64,000 nucleotides of DNA from an uncultured Acidobacteriota bacterium (GCA_963836075.1 CAWIIB010000001.1:256001-320000), one strand, 5' to 3'. Numbered from the stretch's first letter, positions 1 to 9,448 are shown. Notes: generated from the letters alone by a model not told the origin. Numbers and translations are program-made.

Positions 1-180
1 ATCACCGTGGAGCCGGAGAGCAACATTGCTGAAATAATCGACCTGATGACCAAGCACCACATTCGCCGGATACCGGTGATCTGCGGTCAGCGGGTCTGCG
101 GAATGGTCTATATATCCGATGTCTTTCACCGTCTTCACCCGTGCCTGCTGGGCACCACCGGCAAGGCCCGTCAGGGCTGA
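1..180 (+). CDS. 3' end of a CBS-domain protein (truncated by window edge)
   Basis: Not in the ORF track. Frame 1 reads ITVEPESNIAEIIDLMTKHHIRRIPVICGQRVCGMVYISDVF..., a typical CBS motif, and ends TGA at 178-180. Confidence 0.75.
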   Translation: MTVEPESNIAEIIDLMTKHHIRRIPVICGQRVCGMVYISDVFHRLHPCLLGTTGKARQG

Positions 181-304
181 CCGGGGGCGCCGGCACGGGC
201 GCTGACATGTCTATCTGTCGAGGATTTCAAGGTCTCTGGGAACGCTGCCTGTGATACGCACAGGCAACACGTGAGTTATTTACTCATCAGTGAGGAGCAA
301 GTGC

Positions 305-1489
305 ATGATCAAGCCCCATGGTTCGGAAAAGCTCAACCCGTTGTACGTGGCGGATGACGCCAAAAGAGCGGAACTGCTGGCCGAAGCTGAAGGACTCCCA
401 ACGGTGGTGGTCTGTTCGGCCGCGGCGGCCAACGCCGTGATGCTGGGCGGTGGCTACTTCAACCCGCTCACCGGCTACATGAACGCCGCCGATGCGCTGG
501 CGGTGGCGGACAAGATGGTTACCACCGGCGGCCTCTTCTTCCCGGTGCCGGTGCTCAACATGCTGGAGGACGTCTCGGCCATCCAGGGCGCCAAGCGGAT
601 CGCCCTGCGCGACCCCAACGTTGACGGCAACCCGGTGATCGCCATCCAGGACGTGGAAGCCATCGAGGAGTTCACCGACCAGCAGATGGCGCAGATGACC
701 GAGAAGATTTTCCGCACCGACGATATGGAGCACCCCGGCGTGGCCGCTTTCAACAGCGTGGGCAAGTTCGCCGTATCCGGTCCGATCCAGGTGCTCAGCT
801 TCTCCTATTTCGCCACCGAGTTCCCCGAAACATTCCGCACCGCCGTCCAGATCCGCGAGGAGATGGCGGCCCTGGGCTGGGAAAAGATTGTCGCCTTCCA
901 GACCCGCAACCCGATGCACCGGGCCCATGAAGAACTGTGCCGGATGGCTTACGAGCAGCTGGACGCCGACGGCATCCTGATCCACATGCTGCTGGGCAAG
1001 CTGAAGAAGGGCGACATTCCCGCCGACGTCCGTGACGCTGCCATCCGCAAGATGGTGGAGATCTACTTCCCGCCCAACACCGTTCTGGTCACCGGCTACG
1101 GGTACGACATGCTCTATGCCGGCCCCCGGGAGGCGGTGCTCCACGCCGTGTTCCGCCAGAACTGCGGCTGCACCCATCTCATCGTCGGCCGGGACCACGC
1201 CGGTGTTGGTTCTTACTACGGCGGTTTCGACGCCCAGGCCATCTTCCACGACGAGGTTCCCGAGGGGGCCCTGGAGCTGCAGGTCTTCGAGGCCGACCAC
1301 ACCGCCTACTCCAAGAAACTGAACAAGGTGGTGATGATGCGGGACCATCCGGACCACACCAAGGAAGACTACGTTTTCCTCTCCGGCACCAAGGTCCGCG
1401 AGATGCTTTCCAATGGCGAGGACCTGCCGGGTGAGTTCTCACGTCCCGAAGTGGCCAAGATCCTGATGGCCCATTACATGTCGGAGTAG
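305..1489 (+). CDS. sat: Sulfate adenylyltransferase (ATP sulfurylase, Sat)
   Basis: Motifs VAFQTRNPMHRAH, YAGPREA, GRDHAGVG and SGTKVR; GAGGAG RBS before ATG at 305. Confidence 0.97.
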   Translation: MIKPHGSEKLNPLYVADDAKRAELLAEAEGLPTVVVCSAAAANAVMLGGGYFNPLTGYMNAADALAVADKMVTTGGLFFPVPVLNMLEDVSAIQGAKRIALRDPNVDGNPVIAIQDVEAIEEFTDQQMAQMTEKIFRTDDMEHPGVAAFNSVGKFAVSGPIQVLSFSYFATEFPETFRTAVQIREEMAALGWEKIVAFQTRNPMHRAHEELCRMAYEQLDADGILIHMLLGKLKKGDIPADVRDAAIRKMVEIYFPPNTVLVTGYGYDMLYAGPREAVLHAVFRQNCGCTHLIVGRDHAGVGSYYGGFDAQAIFHDEVPEGALELQVFEADHTAYSKKLNKVVMMRDHPDHTKEDYVFLSGTKVREMLSNGEDLPGEFSRPEVAKILMAHYMSE

Positions 1490-1520
1490 CAAGGCCGCCA
1501 GGCCTGCGCTTGAGACCCAT

Positions 1521-1562
1521 CGAGGGCCCTTCCCCGGAGACCGGGGAAGGGCCCTCGTTTTT
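1521..1562 (+). terminator. Rho-independent terminator after sat, between convergent sat and lpxB
   Basis: Perfect 17-bp stem CGAGGGCCCTTCCCCGG / CCGGGGAAGGGCCCTCG with AGA loop, followed by TTTTT. Confidence 0.9.
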
Positions 1563-2745
1563 ATGTACCCGGGGCGCCGGGAGCGGGAGGATTTGACAGC
1601 AGGTCCAGCACCTGCTCCGCGCAGCGGCGGTAGGCCCCGGGGGAGCCGAGGCGCTGGCGCACGTCACGCAGGTCGGAACGGATACCGGCGGCGGTGGCCG
1701 GGTCCAGCAGTCGTGAAAGTTCGGACTCCAGCCGTCGGGGTGTGAGGTCGCCCTGGATCAGTTCCACGGCCACCTGGCGCCGGGCGATAAGGTTGACCAT
1801 GGCGAAGTGCTCCAGGCGGACCAGGGCCCGGCCCAGGAGGTAGGTCAGCGGGCTCACCCGGTAGACCACGGTCAGCGGTACCAGGTGGAGCGCCGTTTCC
1901 AGGGTCACGGTGCCCGAGGCCACCAGCGCCGCGTCGGCCGCCCGGAGCACCGTGTAGAGCTCACCTTCACTGCGCAACATCAGCCCGGGAACCGAGCGGT
2001 GAGCCAACAGGCGGTCCATGGCCTGGTCATCCTTCAGGTGCTCGGCCCGCACCAGTACCGGACGCAGGCGGCGCTGGGCCGCAGCCATGGTGACCGCCTC
2101 GAGGATGGTGGGCAGGATGCGGCGCACCTCGTTCTTCCGGCTGCCGGGGAGCAGGGCCACCACCGTGTCACCGGGATCCAGTCCCAGGTCCATCCGGGCC
2201 TGCCGGCGTTCCGCGTCGGTCGGTTCGCTACCCACCACATCCAGCAGCGGGTGGCCGACAAAGACGGTATCGATGCCGCCGGCCCGGAACAGTTCCTCCT
2301 CGAAGGGGAAGATCACCATCATCCGGTCCACCATCCTGGCCAGGGTCTTGATTCTCCCCCGGCGCCAGGCCCAGACCTGGGGACTGATGAAGTAGACCAC
2401 CGGTATGCCCAGGCGCCGGGCCTCGCGGCAGAGACGGAAATTGAAATCGGGGAAATCCACGGCGATGAACAGTTGCGGAGGGTCGTCGCGCATGGCGCTC
2501 TTCAACGCCCGGAGGCAGGAAAACACGTCACCGAGGCGGGAGAGCACTTCCACCAGTCCGGCGGTGCCGAAGACTCCCGCACCGGAATGGCTGGGCTGGA
2601 GCCCGGCCTCCACCATGCGGCGGCCGCCCATGCCGCTGAAGCGCACACCGGGGGCGAGGCGGCTGAGCTGGCGCAGCAGGCCGGCGCCGTGCAGGTCACC
2701 GGACGATTCGCCGGCTACGATCATGATGCTGGGCTGCTGGACCAT
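1561..2745 (-). CDS. lpxB: Lipid-A-disaccharide synthase
   Basis: IVAGESSGDLHG, DFPDFN, SPQVWAWR, FVGHPL and LLPGSRKNE motifs. Confidence 0.95.
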   Translation of the reverse strand: MVQQPSIMIVAGESSGDLHGAGLLRQLSRLAPGVRFSGMGGRRMVEAGLQPSHSGAGVFGTAGLVEVLSRLGDVFSCLRALKSAMRDDPPQLFIAVDFPDFNFRLCREARRLGIPVVYFISPQVWAWRRGRIKTLARMVDRMMVIFPFEEELFRAGGIDTVFVGHPLLDVVGSEPTDAERRQARMDLGLDPGDTVVALLPGSRKNEVRRILPTILEAVTMAAAQRRLRPVLVRAEHLKDDQAMDRLLAHRSVPGLMLRSEGELYTVLRAADAALVASGTVTLETALHLVPLTVVYRVSPLTYLLGRALVRLEHFAMVNLIARRQVAVELIQGDLTPRRLESELSRLLDPATAAGIRSDLRDVRQRLGSPGAYRRCAEQVLDLLSNPPAPGAPGT

Positions 2746-2768
2746 CGATGCTCCCGTTCCCCGGGCGG

Positions 2769-5174
2769 TCAGGTGCGCAGGGTCAGTATCAGGTAGCCTC
2801 CGCCGATGCCGAAGAATATATTCGGCGCCCAGGCCGCCAGCAGGGGTGGCAGGGCGCCGAGATCACCCAACTGCTGGCTGAAGGCGATAAAGATCCAGTA
2901 GAGGATGCCGAGGCTGATGCTGAGTCCGATGCCGTAGAGGCTGCCCCTCTTTCCCATGTTGAAGGCGAAGGCGATGCCCAACAGGGCCATGACCAGCGGC
3001 ACAACCGGCATGGCCAGCTTGGAGTGCAAATCCACCAGCAGTTCCGGTTCCACCTGGTAGCCGCTGGCCTTCAATTCTTCGATATAGGAACGCAGTTCGC
3101 CCCAGCTCATCTGCTCCGTTTCCTTCCACTCCTTCTTGAAGTAGAGCGGTGGCTCGTGGAAGGGAAAGGACTGGGATTTGAAGGCTTCGTAGGACACCTC
3201 CTCACCCCGGGAAAACTCCTTGGACCAGCCATTCTTCATCACCCAGCAGTCATCGCTGTACACGGCGTGGCGGGCATAGGTCCAGCGCTTGAGCGAGAAA
3301 TCTTCCGGCGAGAACTCAAAGACCGAGAGGCCGGCGATCACCTCGCGGTCGAAGTTGATGTTCTCATAGTTGTAGATCCTGTTCTCTTCCTCGCCGAACA
3401 TCCATTTGCGGATGCGGTAGCGGGAACTCACCGGCCGGCCCTTGATCACGTCCCTCAACCGGTCGTATTCGGCGTTGGAGGTGGGCAGTATCCGCTCCTC
3501 GAGGTAGAAGTTGAAGACCGAGGTGAGGGCCGCCACCATGAATACGGAGAGCGATATGCGGTAGAGGCTGATCCCGCCGCCCTTGATCGCCGTCACCTCG
3601 TTGTGTTTGGAGAAGATGCCGAAGGTGACCAGCGTGCTCACCAGGTTGATGATCAGCAGGACAAAGAAAATGATCTGCGGCAGGTAAAACTGGTAGTAGC
3701 CCAGCACCGTGCCCAGGGGGATCTCGTTCTTGACGATGTGGTCGAACATCTGGAAGAAGTCGACGATGATAAACAGGGAGAGAAAGCCGATGAAGACCAT
3801 GAAGAAGACGCGGAAATACTGGGAGAGGATGTAGCGGTCCAGCAGGTTGGGGAAGGGGATGTGGATGCGGTGCGAGTTGTGCTGCCGGCGGTCCGTATCG
3901 CGGAAGGGCAGTGGGAGCTGGCCGGTATCGGGGGTGTCCCGGCGCTCCGGGAGGGCCGTGGTGCCGACCGGGGGCCGGGTTTTGGGGGAGAGCCGCAGCA
4001 CCAGCCACTGCCACAGCTTGATCATCAGTGCCGAGAGGTCGAAGTTGACGTTGCGGCTGCGCAGGTTGAGCAGCAGCAGCCCGGCACAGCCCAGCAAAAT
4101 GTTGGGCAACCACATGCCCAGCAGTGGTGGAAGTTTCTCCTGGATCGCCATCGCTTCTCCGGTATCGATCATGATCCAGTAGATGATGATCACACCGATG
4201 GCCATGGCGAATCCCGAGGACTTTCCTCCGCGGGAGTTGGTGATGCCCAGACTGATGCCGATGATCGCCAGGACGATGCAGCTGAAGGGAATGGAAAATT
4301 TCTTGTGGATATTGATCCAGGCGAGGTTGTATCTCGATCGCAACTCCGGGGTGCGGCTCTGCCTGGCAATCTCCAGCAGTTCCATGCTGGTTTTGGCCCG
4401 CAGTTTCGGGTCGTGGACCTGGTCCCGCCGGGTTTTCAAGCGGTTTTCCCGCAGCAGGCCGTCCTTGAGCAGCACCCGCATCTCTCCGAACTTGCTGAAC
4501 TGGAACTTTTCCGGATCCTTGGGGTCACTGGAATTTATGGTGCCGTTGAAGAATTTGAGCCACAGCCGGTCCGCCTGGTCGTCGTAGCGCAGCTGGGCCC
4601 GGCGAGCATTGATCAGCCGCCGGCCTTCCTCCACCGACGATTCAGCTAGAAACACACCCTCCCAGTCATGTCCTTCAGTGGTGTAATCGTTGAAATATAT
4701 GACCTTATTAGGAAACTCCTCATAGAATGTGCGTGGTTCAACGGTGCTCGACATGGCCAGTGAGAATATTTCCTCCTCCAGGCGGAGCAGTGTCTTGTTG
4801 CCCCAGGGGAGGAAAAATACCATCAGGTAGAGGGTGAGCAGAAACGCGCCGGTGGCAAAAACCAGGGTGGGGCCCAGAAGCCTCTGCAGGCTGATCCCGG
4901 CGGAGCGGAAAGCGATGATCTCACTGTCGGCGGAGAGCCGGCTGAAGGCAACAATAATCCCCAGCAGCACGGACATGGGAATGGTGAGCACGATGATGTG
5001 GGGCAGATTGAGCAGAAAAAGCTTTGTTACCAGCACCAGGCCCAGATTCCTTTTCAGGGCCAGTTCGGCGATATCAAAGATGATATCCATCACCATGACA
5101 AAGGTGAAAATGAGCAGGCTGATCAGCGTGGGGGGGAACATCTCGCGGATCAGATATTTTCGAATGGTTTTCAT
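2769..5174 (-). CDS. Fused LPS export permease LptF-LptG (two YjgP/YjgQ domains)
   Basis: Two tandem permease domains (SEIIAFRSAGIS...; NEVTAIKGGGIS...), each with a C-terminal xLGMWLPN / LAAWAPN-like helix. Confidence 0.9.
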   Translation of the reverse strand: MKTIRKYLIREMFPPTLISLLIFTFVMVMDIIFDIAELALKRNLGLVLVTKLFLLNLPHIIVLTIPMSVLLGIIVAFSRLSADSEIIAFRSAGISLQRLLGPTLVFATGAFLLTLYLMVFFLPWGNKTLLRLEEEIFSLAMSSTVEPRTFYEEFPNKVIYFNDYTTEGHDWEGVFLAESSVEEGRRLINARRAQLRYDDQADRLWLKFFNGTINSSDPKDPEKFQFSKFGEMRVLLKDGLLRENRLKTRRDQVHDPKLRAKTSMELLEIARQSRTPELRSRYNLAWINIHKKFSIPFSCIVLAIIGISLGITNSRGGKSSGFAMAIGVIIIYWIMIDTGEAMAIQEKLPPLLGMWLPNILLGCAGLLLLNLRSRNVNFDLSALMIKLWQWLVLRLSPKTRPPVGTTALPERRDTPDTGQLPLPFRDTDRRQHNSHRIHIPFPNLLDRYILSQYFRVFFMVFIGFLSLFIIVDFFQMFDHIVKNEIPLGTVLGYYQFYLPQIIFFVLLIINLVSTLVTFGIFSKHNEVTAIKGGGISLYRISLSVFMVAALTSVFNFYLEERILPTSNAEYDRLRDVIKGRPVSSRYRIRKWMFGEEENRIYNYENINFDREVIAGLSVFEFSPEDFSLKRWTYARHAVYSDDCWVMKNGWSKEFSRGEEVSYEAFKSQSFPFHEPPLYFKKEWKETEQMSWGELRSYIEELKASGYQVEPELLVDLHSKLAMPVVPLVMALLGIAFAFNMGKRGSLYGIGLSISLGILYWIFIAFSQQLGDLGALPPLLAAWAPNIFFGIGGGYLILTLRT

Positions 5175-5404
5175 CTGGGATCTGGACCGCAAAACGCTGT
5201 TGCTGGGATTCTGGGACAGCCAGCTGTAATAAGGGAATTCATTTACCTCGAAAAGATAGCACAGTTGACGGACGCCTTCAAGAAGTCAGTTCTACGGAAG
5301 TCCTGTTTTTCCAAAGGGATTGGATTGCTCAATGGGGGGGGGAAGGCCGGCGGCGGGGGATCGCCCGCGGAATCCTTGAGCTTCCGGTCAACTCAAAATA
5401 CATT

Positions 5405-5432
5405 ACGTCCGATAAGATATATTATGTAAACT
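5405..5432 (+). other. dif site (XerC/XerD chromosome dimer resolution site)
   Basis: ACGTCCGATAA-GATATA-TTATGTAAACT has the 11-6-11 architecture of dif (E. coli GGTGCGCATAA-TGTATA-TTATGTTAAAT) and lies in an intergenic region. Confidence 0.88.
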
Positions 5433-5581
5433 AATACGCGCGGCAGTGTACAGTCGTAGAGCCAGACAGCTTACTGCAAGCCCCTATATTTTAGATGGTT
5501 GTCCTTCTTTTGGTGCCCCCAAAAGCGGTTTCGTGGTAGTGACCCGATGCGGTCAGGACCATTGATGAGTTGGGGTGTCGA

Positions 5582-6487
5582 TCAACTGAGGGGCGCTGAA
5601 TCCAATTCGGATGGCAGCGCAGCCGGAAGCGATGCTGCAGCCGAACCGCTATCTTCTTCGCCGTTACCGACCTGGGTTCGCAGTTCCCTGATGATCTCCT
5701 CCAGGCTGTTGATGATCTCTCGGGGATCAACGTCCTTTTTTCTGAAAGACATGTTCAGGGTGAAGGATTTGTTTTGCGGTTGGAACTTGAATGAGAAGTT
5801 TCTCGGGCGTCCGGCCTTTTTTTTGTCCCGGTCGGACTTCAGGCTGTCCCTCTTGGAACCGCCCTTAAGTATTTGTTCAAAGATTTCCCACATATTTTCC
5901 GGTGTTCCGCCTCTAACTATTTGCAATAACAGTCTTTTAGAGGAAATGTCGGCGCTCCGACATGCCGTTCTCAGATCATCGGGCATTTCAGAGATGTTTA
6001 TGGCCTCGGTGATGGTTGAGCGGGACTTTGAAATCATCATGGCCAATTGTTCATGTGAATGGTCATATTTTCGAGCAAGTTCGCGCAGGGCATCACCCTC
6101 TTCAAAGGGGTGCAGATCCTTACGCTGGAGGTTTTCGATCAGGGAGATTTCGACGATCTCGTGATCCTTGAGCTTCATCTCGATACAGGGGATTTCGGTC
6201 AGTCCGGCCAGAATGGATGCTCGGTAGCGCCTCTCCCCCGCTATGATCCTGAACCGTTCTCCAACCGGCTTGACCAGTATTGGTTCCAGCACGCCCTTCT
6301 GCTTGATCGATTTGGAGAGTTCCGCAAGATCACCGAAGTCCTTGCGTGGCTGCTTTGGATTTGGCTCGATAAGATCGGCCTTGATCAGCCGGCCCACAGA
6401 TTTCCCCTTGCCCGTCAACTCCTCCACAAGGTGGGCTGAAGTCCGGATCCGGGTCTTGCTAGGCAGGCCTTTTTTTCTTTTTTCCAC
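5582..6487 (-). CDS. parB: ParB/Spo0J-family partition protein (non-canonical)
   Basis: PNPKQPRK, GVLEPILV, IIAGERRYRA and LIENLQRKDL motifs plus an HTH; GTG start at 6487 with GAGGAGG RBS, overlapping the parA end. Confidence 0.9.
   Translation of the reverse strand: MEKRKKGLPSKTRIRTSAHLVEELTGKGKSVGRLIKADLIEPNPKQPRKDFGDLAELSKSIKQKGVLEPILVKPVGERFRIIAGERRYRASILAGLTEIPCIEMKLKDHEIVEISLIENLQRKDLHPFEEGDALRELARKYDHSHEQLAMMISKSRSTITEAINISEMPDDLRTACRSADISSKRLLLQIVRGGTPENMWEIFEQILKGGSKRDSLKSDRDKKKAGRPRNFSFKFQPQNKSFTLNMSFRKKDVDPREIINSLEEIIRELRTQVGNGEEDSGSAAASLPAALPSELDSAPLS
5946..5963. repeat. 18-bp near-perfect palindrome within parB (candidate parS-like site)
   Basis: ATGTCGG-CGCT-CCGACAT; 8 of 9 positions pair. 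Confidence 0.4.
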
Positions 6488-7235
6488 GCTTGATAACCTC
6501 CTCGCAGAGTTTGCTGTATTCAGCCGCTCCACTTGAGCGCGGGGCGAAGGTGAAAATGGGTTCCTTGTAGGCCGGGCTCTCCTCAAGTCGCACGCTCTTG
6601 CTGATGCAGGTGGCGAACACCTTGTCTCCGAACACCTGTTCAACCTGCTCCTTGATATCCCGGGCCAACAGGGTCCGTTTGTCGTGAATGGTGATCAGAA
6701 CGCCGAGAACTTCGAGGTCGGGGTTCGGCCGGTCCTTGATCTTTCCCAGGGTCTCAAGCAGATCCTCGGTGCCCTCCAGGGCAAAATAGGAGGACTGAAT
6801 CGGGATGAGCACGTGGGTCGCCGCCACCAGCCCGTTGACCGTGATGATACCCAGTGTGGGCGGTGTGTCGATGATGATGTATTCGAACTGGTCGGCAATC
6901 TCCTCCAGCCGATCCTTTAGGCGGAAGATGGAATCGAGTTCGCCGATCAGGCGGCTTTCCAGTTTGGCCAGTGAAATCTTGGACGGGGCCAGGAAAAGGT
7001 GCTCAAAGGCCGTGGGGACGATGATGTTGGATAACGGCTCCCGGGCATTGGTCAGCACCTCGAAAACCGATTTCTCCAGTGGGTGGACATCCACAAAGGA
7101 GACAGAACTGTTGGACTGGGGATCCATGTCCACCAGCAGAGTTTTGTGCCCCCTCATGGCCAGAGCGGCTGAAAGGTTGATGGCTGTGGTGGTCTTACCG
7201 ACGCCACCCTTTTGGTTGGTGACCGTAATAATCAA
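6459..7235 (-). CDS. parA: ParA/Soj-family ATPase
   Basis: Deviant Walker A NQKGGVGKTT, DMDPQ, IIDTPP. Confidence 0.95.
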   Translation of the reverse strand: MIITVTNQKGGVGKTTTAINLSAALAMRGHKTLLVDMDPQSNSSVSFVDVHPLEKSVFEVLTNAREPLSNIIVPTAFEHLFLAPSKISLAKLESRLIGELDSIFRLKDRLEEIADQFEYIIIDTPPTLGIITVNGLVAATHVLIPIQSSYFALEGTEDLLETLGKIKDRPNPDLEVLGVLITIHDKRTLLARDIKEQVEQVFGDKVFATCISKSVRLEESPAYKEPIFTFAPRSSGAAEYSKLCEEVIKRGKKKKRPA

Positions 7236-7327
7236 CGTATTGCCCTTTCAGATAACGCGGTTCCGGTTCGGCTGTCCGCAAACTGCCACGAGGTCAGGAT
7301 GGATCACACGATTCTTGATAATGAGAA

Positions 7328-7357
7328 ATGATAAATCAGCATTGAACAGCCAGTCAA
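7328..7357 (-). promoter_or_regulatory. Putative sigma70 promoter of parAB
   Basis: TTGACT-18bp-TATCAT on the minus strand. Confidence 0.45.
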
Positions 7358-7445
7358 GCAGATGATGGCTTCCATGATGCTCCAGAGGTGGCCTGACGGG
7401 TAAGAAGAAAGGACATTCGATTGCAGGGCCTTACTTTTAAAGGAG

Positions 7446-7931
7446 TTACATTTCGTATTGCCCGAGATCATCGCCGGAGAGGTTTTCCAGAAGTTTTTTC
7501 AATCGAACAGTCTCGCCGGTGTCACTGGTCAGGTCGATGCTTTTGGCCTGCTCCACCACCGACTCCTCAACGAAGATCGAGGCTTTGGTTCTCAGGGCCA
7601 GGGCGATGGCGTCGCTGGGACGGGAATCTATCTTGATCGTCTTGCCGTTCCGCTGGAGGTAGATATTGGCGTAGAACGTGCTGTCCTTCAACTCGCAAAT
7701 CACGACCTTCTGCAGGGTCGCGTCGAGATCGTCGAGAATCGACTTTATCAGGTCGTGGGTCATTGGCCGGGGAGTGCTGATGTTTTCCACCTGCAGTGCG
7801 ATGGCATTGGCTTCAAAAATGCCGACCCAGATGGGAAGCACACTCTCGCCGCTGATGTTCTTGAGGATGACGATCGGCATATTGGTTATGGGATCGATCA
7901 TCAAGCCCTTGATCTTCATTTCTATGGCCAT
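7446..7931 (-). CDS. Bifunctional nuclease family protein (DUF151)
   Basis: LPIWVGIFEANAIA, PRPMTHDL and DSRPSDAIALA motifs. Confidence 0.92.
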   Translation of the reverse strand: MAIEMKIKGLMIDPITNMPIVILKNISGESVLPIWVGIFEANAIALQVENISTPRPMTHDLIKSILDDLDATLQKVVICELKDSTFYANIYLQRNGKTIKIDSRPSDAIALALRTKASIFVEESVVEQAKSIDLTSDTGETVRLKKLLENLSGDDLGQYEM

Positions 7932-8055
7932 GGATATACGTACCTCTCGTATCACACCGGGTGGCCGGCACGATCAGATCTGACGCAATGGAAGGGCTGA
8001 ATCTACCCTTCACGAACCTGCTGGTTGGTGAATACTGTTACAGCCTTCACTGAAA

Positions 8056-8084
8056 TATATAAGGACTTACATGAACTCTGTCAA
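8056..8084 (-). promoter_or_regulatory. Putative sigma70 promoter of the DUF151 gene
   Basis: TTGACA-17bp-TATATA, overlapping the miaB stop. Confidence 0.6.
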
Positions 8085-9448
8085 GGCATATCTTCAACAC
8101 TCAGCAACTCACCGAACAAAGAGTTGGGATGGGGGCGGCTCACCTTCACCCGGACCAGCCGGCCGCGGGGATCGGCGGGCCGCATGGATGGTCCGGGGGA
8201 TGGAGAATAGTCAAAGTTCACCACACGGTTTCCGCTGTCCCGACCAAAAAACTGGCCCCCGCCCTTCCGGCTCTCCCCTTCCACCAGGACCTCCAGTTCC
8301 GTTCCCACCAGTGCCTGGTGGATTTCCATCTGGATCGATTTCTGCAGATCCTGGAGCCGGGCAAGGCGATGACGTTTAATTTCGTCGCTGACATCGTCCG
8401 GCAGGCGAAAGGCGCGGGTTCCCGGACGGGGATTGTAGATGAAGGAGAAGGTGGCGTCATAGCGCACCTGCTCCATGGCCGAAAGCGTCTGCTGAAAATC
8501 CTCTTCTGATTCCCCCGGAAAGCCGACGATCAGGTCGGTGGAAATGGCGATGTCCGGGATCAACGATTTCAGGAGTTCTGTTTTCTCCAGATACTCCTTC
8601 CTGGAATAGCCCCGGCCCATGGCCTTCAGGACCCTGTTGGAGCCGGACTGCAGGGGCAGATGCAGGTGGCGGCAGACCACACCCCGGTTTTCCGCCATCA
8701 ACCGGGCAAGACGGGGAGTGAAATCACGGGGGTGGGAGACGGTAAACCTCAGCCGGTCCAGCCCGGGACGTGCCGCCGTCTTTTTCAGCAGGGTGGAAAA
8801 GTCGTTACCGCCACTGTCAAGGTAGGAGTTTACATTCTGTCCCAGAAATTCGATTTCCCGCACTCCTCCGGCCAGCAGCAGATCCACCTCCTCGAGGATC
8901 TGTCCCAGCTCACGGCTTTTCTCTCGCCCCCTGACCAGCGGGACGATACAGTAGGCGCAGAAGTTGTCGCAGCCCTCGATTATGGTGACATAGGCTTTCC
9001 AGGGCGAGAGTCGATGAATCGGTTCGTCCACCCTCCCCGGACTCCCGCGGTCCAGGTCCGTGGAGACCAGCGGGCCCTCGCTGTTCCAGATCCGCTCCAG
9101 CAATGCACCGATCTCACCGGCCCTCCTCGTTCCCAAAACAAGGTCCACTGCGGGAATCCGTTCCAGGATCTCTTCCCCTTCCTGTTGGGCCACGCAGCCG
9201 GCAACGCAGATCAGGGGAGTGGCAACGGGTCCGGGCACCTTCAGAGCGGCCAGGCGGCCCAGCCGGGTAAAGACCTTCTGTGCGGCCTTGTCCCGCACGG
9301 AGCAGGTATTGAGGACGATGACCGAGGCCGATTCAGGCTCTGCCGCCCTGCGGTAGCCGCTGCGCTGAAGGCTGTCGGCCAACTGTTCAGAGTCGTGAAC
9401 GTTCATCTGACAGCCCCAGGTTTCGATATGGTAGGTCAGCTCTCTCAT
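8081..9448 (-). CDS. miaB: tRNA-2-methylthio-N6-dimethylallyladenosine synthase
   Basis: TWGCQMN, NTCSVR, radical-SAM CDNFCAYC and a C-terminal TRAM-like domain. Confidence 0.95.
   Translation of the reverse strand: MRELTYHIETWGCQMNVHDSEQLADSLQRSGYRRAAEPESASVIVLNTCSVRDKAAQKVFTRLGRLAALKVPGPVATPLICVAGCVAQQEGEEILERIPAVDLVLGTRRAGEIGALLERIWNSEGPLVSTDLDRGSPGRVDEPIHRLSPWKAYVTIIEGCDNFCAYCIVPLVRGREKSRELGQILEEVDLLLAGGVREIEFLGQNVNSYLDSGGNDFSTLLKKTAARPGLDRLRFTVSHPRDFTPRLARLMAENRGVVCRHLHLPLQSGSNRVLKAMGRGYSRKEYLEKTELLKSLIPDIAISTDLIVGFPGESEEDFQQTLSAMEQVRYDATFSFIYNPRPGTRAFRLPDDVSDEIKRHRLARLQDLQKSIQMEIHQALVGTELEVLVEGESRKGGGQFFGRDSGNRVVNFDYSPSPGPSMRPADPRGRLVRVKVSRPHPNSLFGELLSVEDMP

Noticed and set aside
272-286. 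TGAGT-N5-ACTCA as a HAIR or Rex operator upstream of sat
   Set aside because: Spacing does not fit HAIR (N7) or the Rex box; kept only as an unassigned inverted repeat.
5405-5432. dif as a plasmid pdif or IMEX attachment site
   Set aside because: Only one copy was seen, there are no integrase, rep or phage genes, and the surrounding genes are core chromosomal; a past capture of parAB cannot be excluded.
7317-7335. Fur-box-like GATAATGAGAAATGATAAA upstream of parA
   Set aside because: Only about 12/19 match, not palindromic, and explained by an AT-rich promoter.
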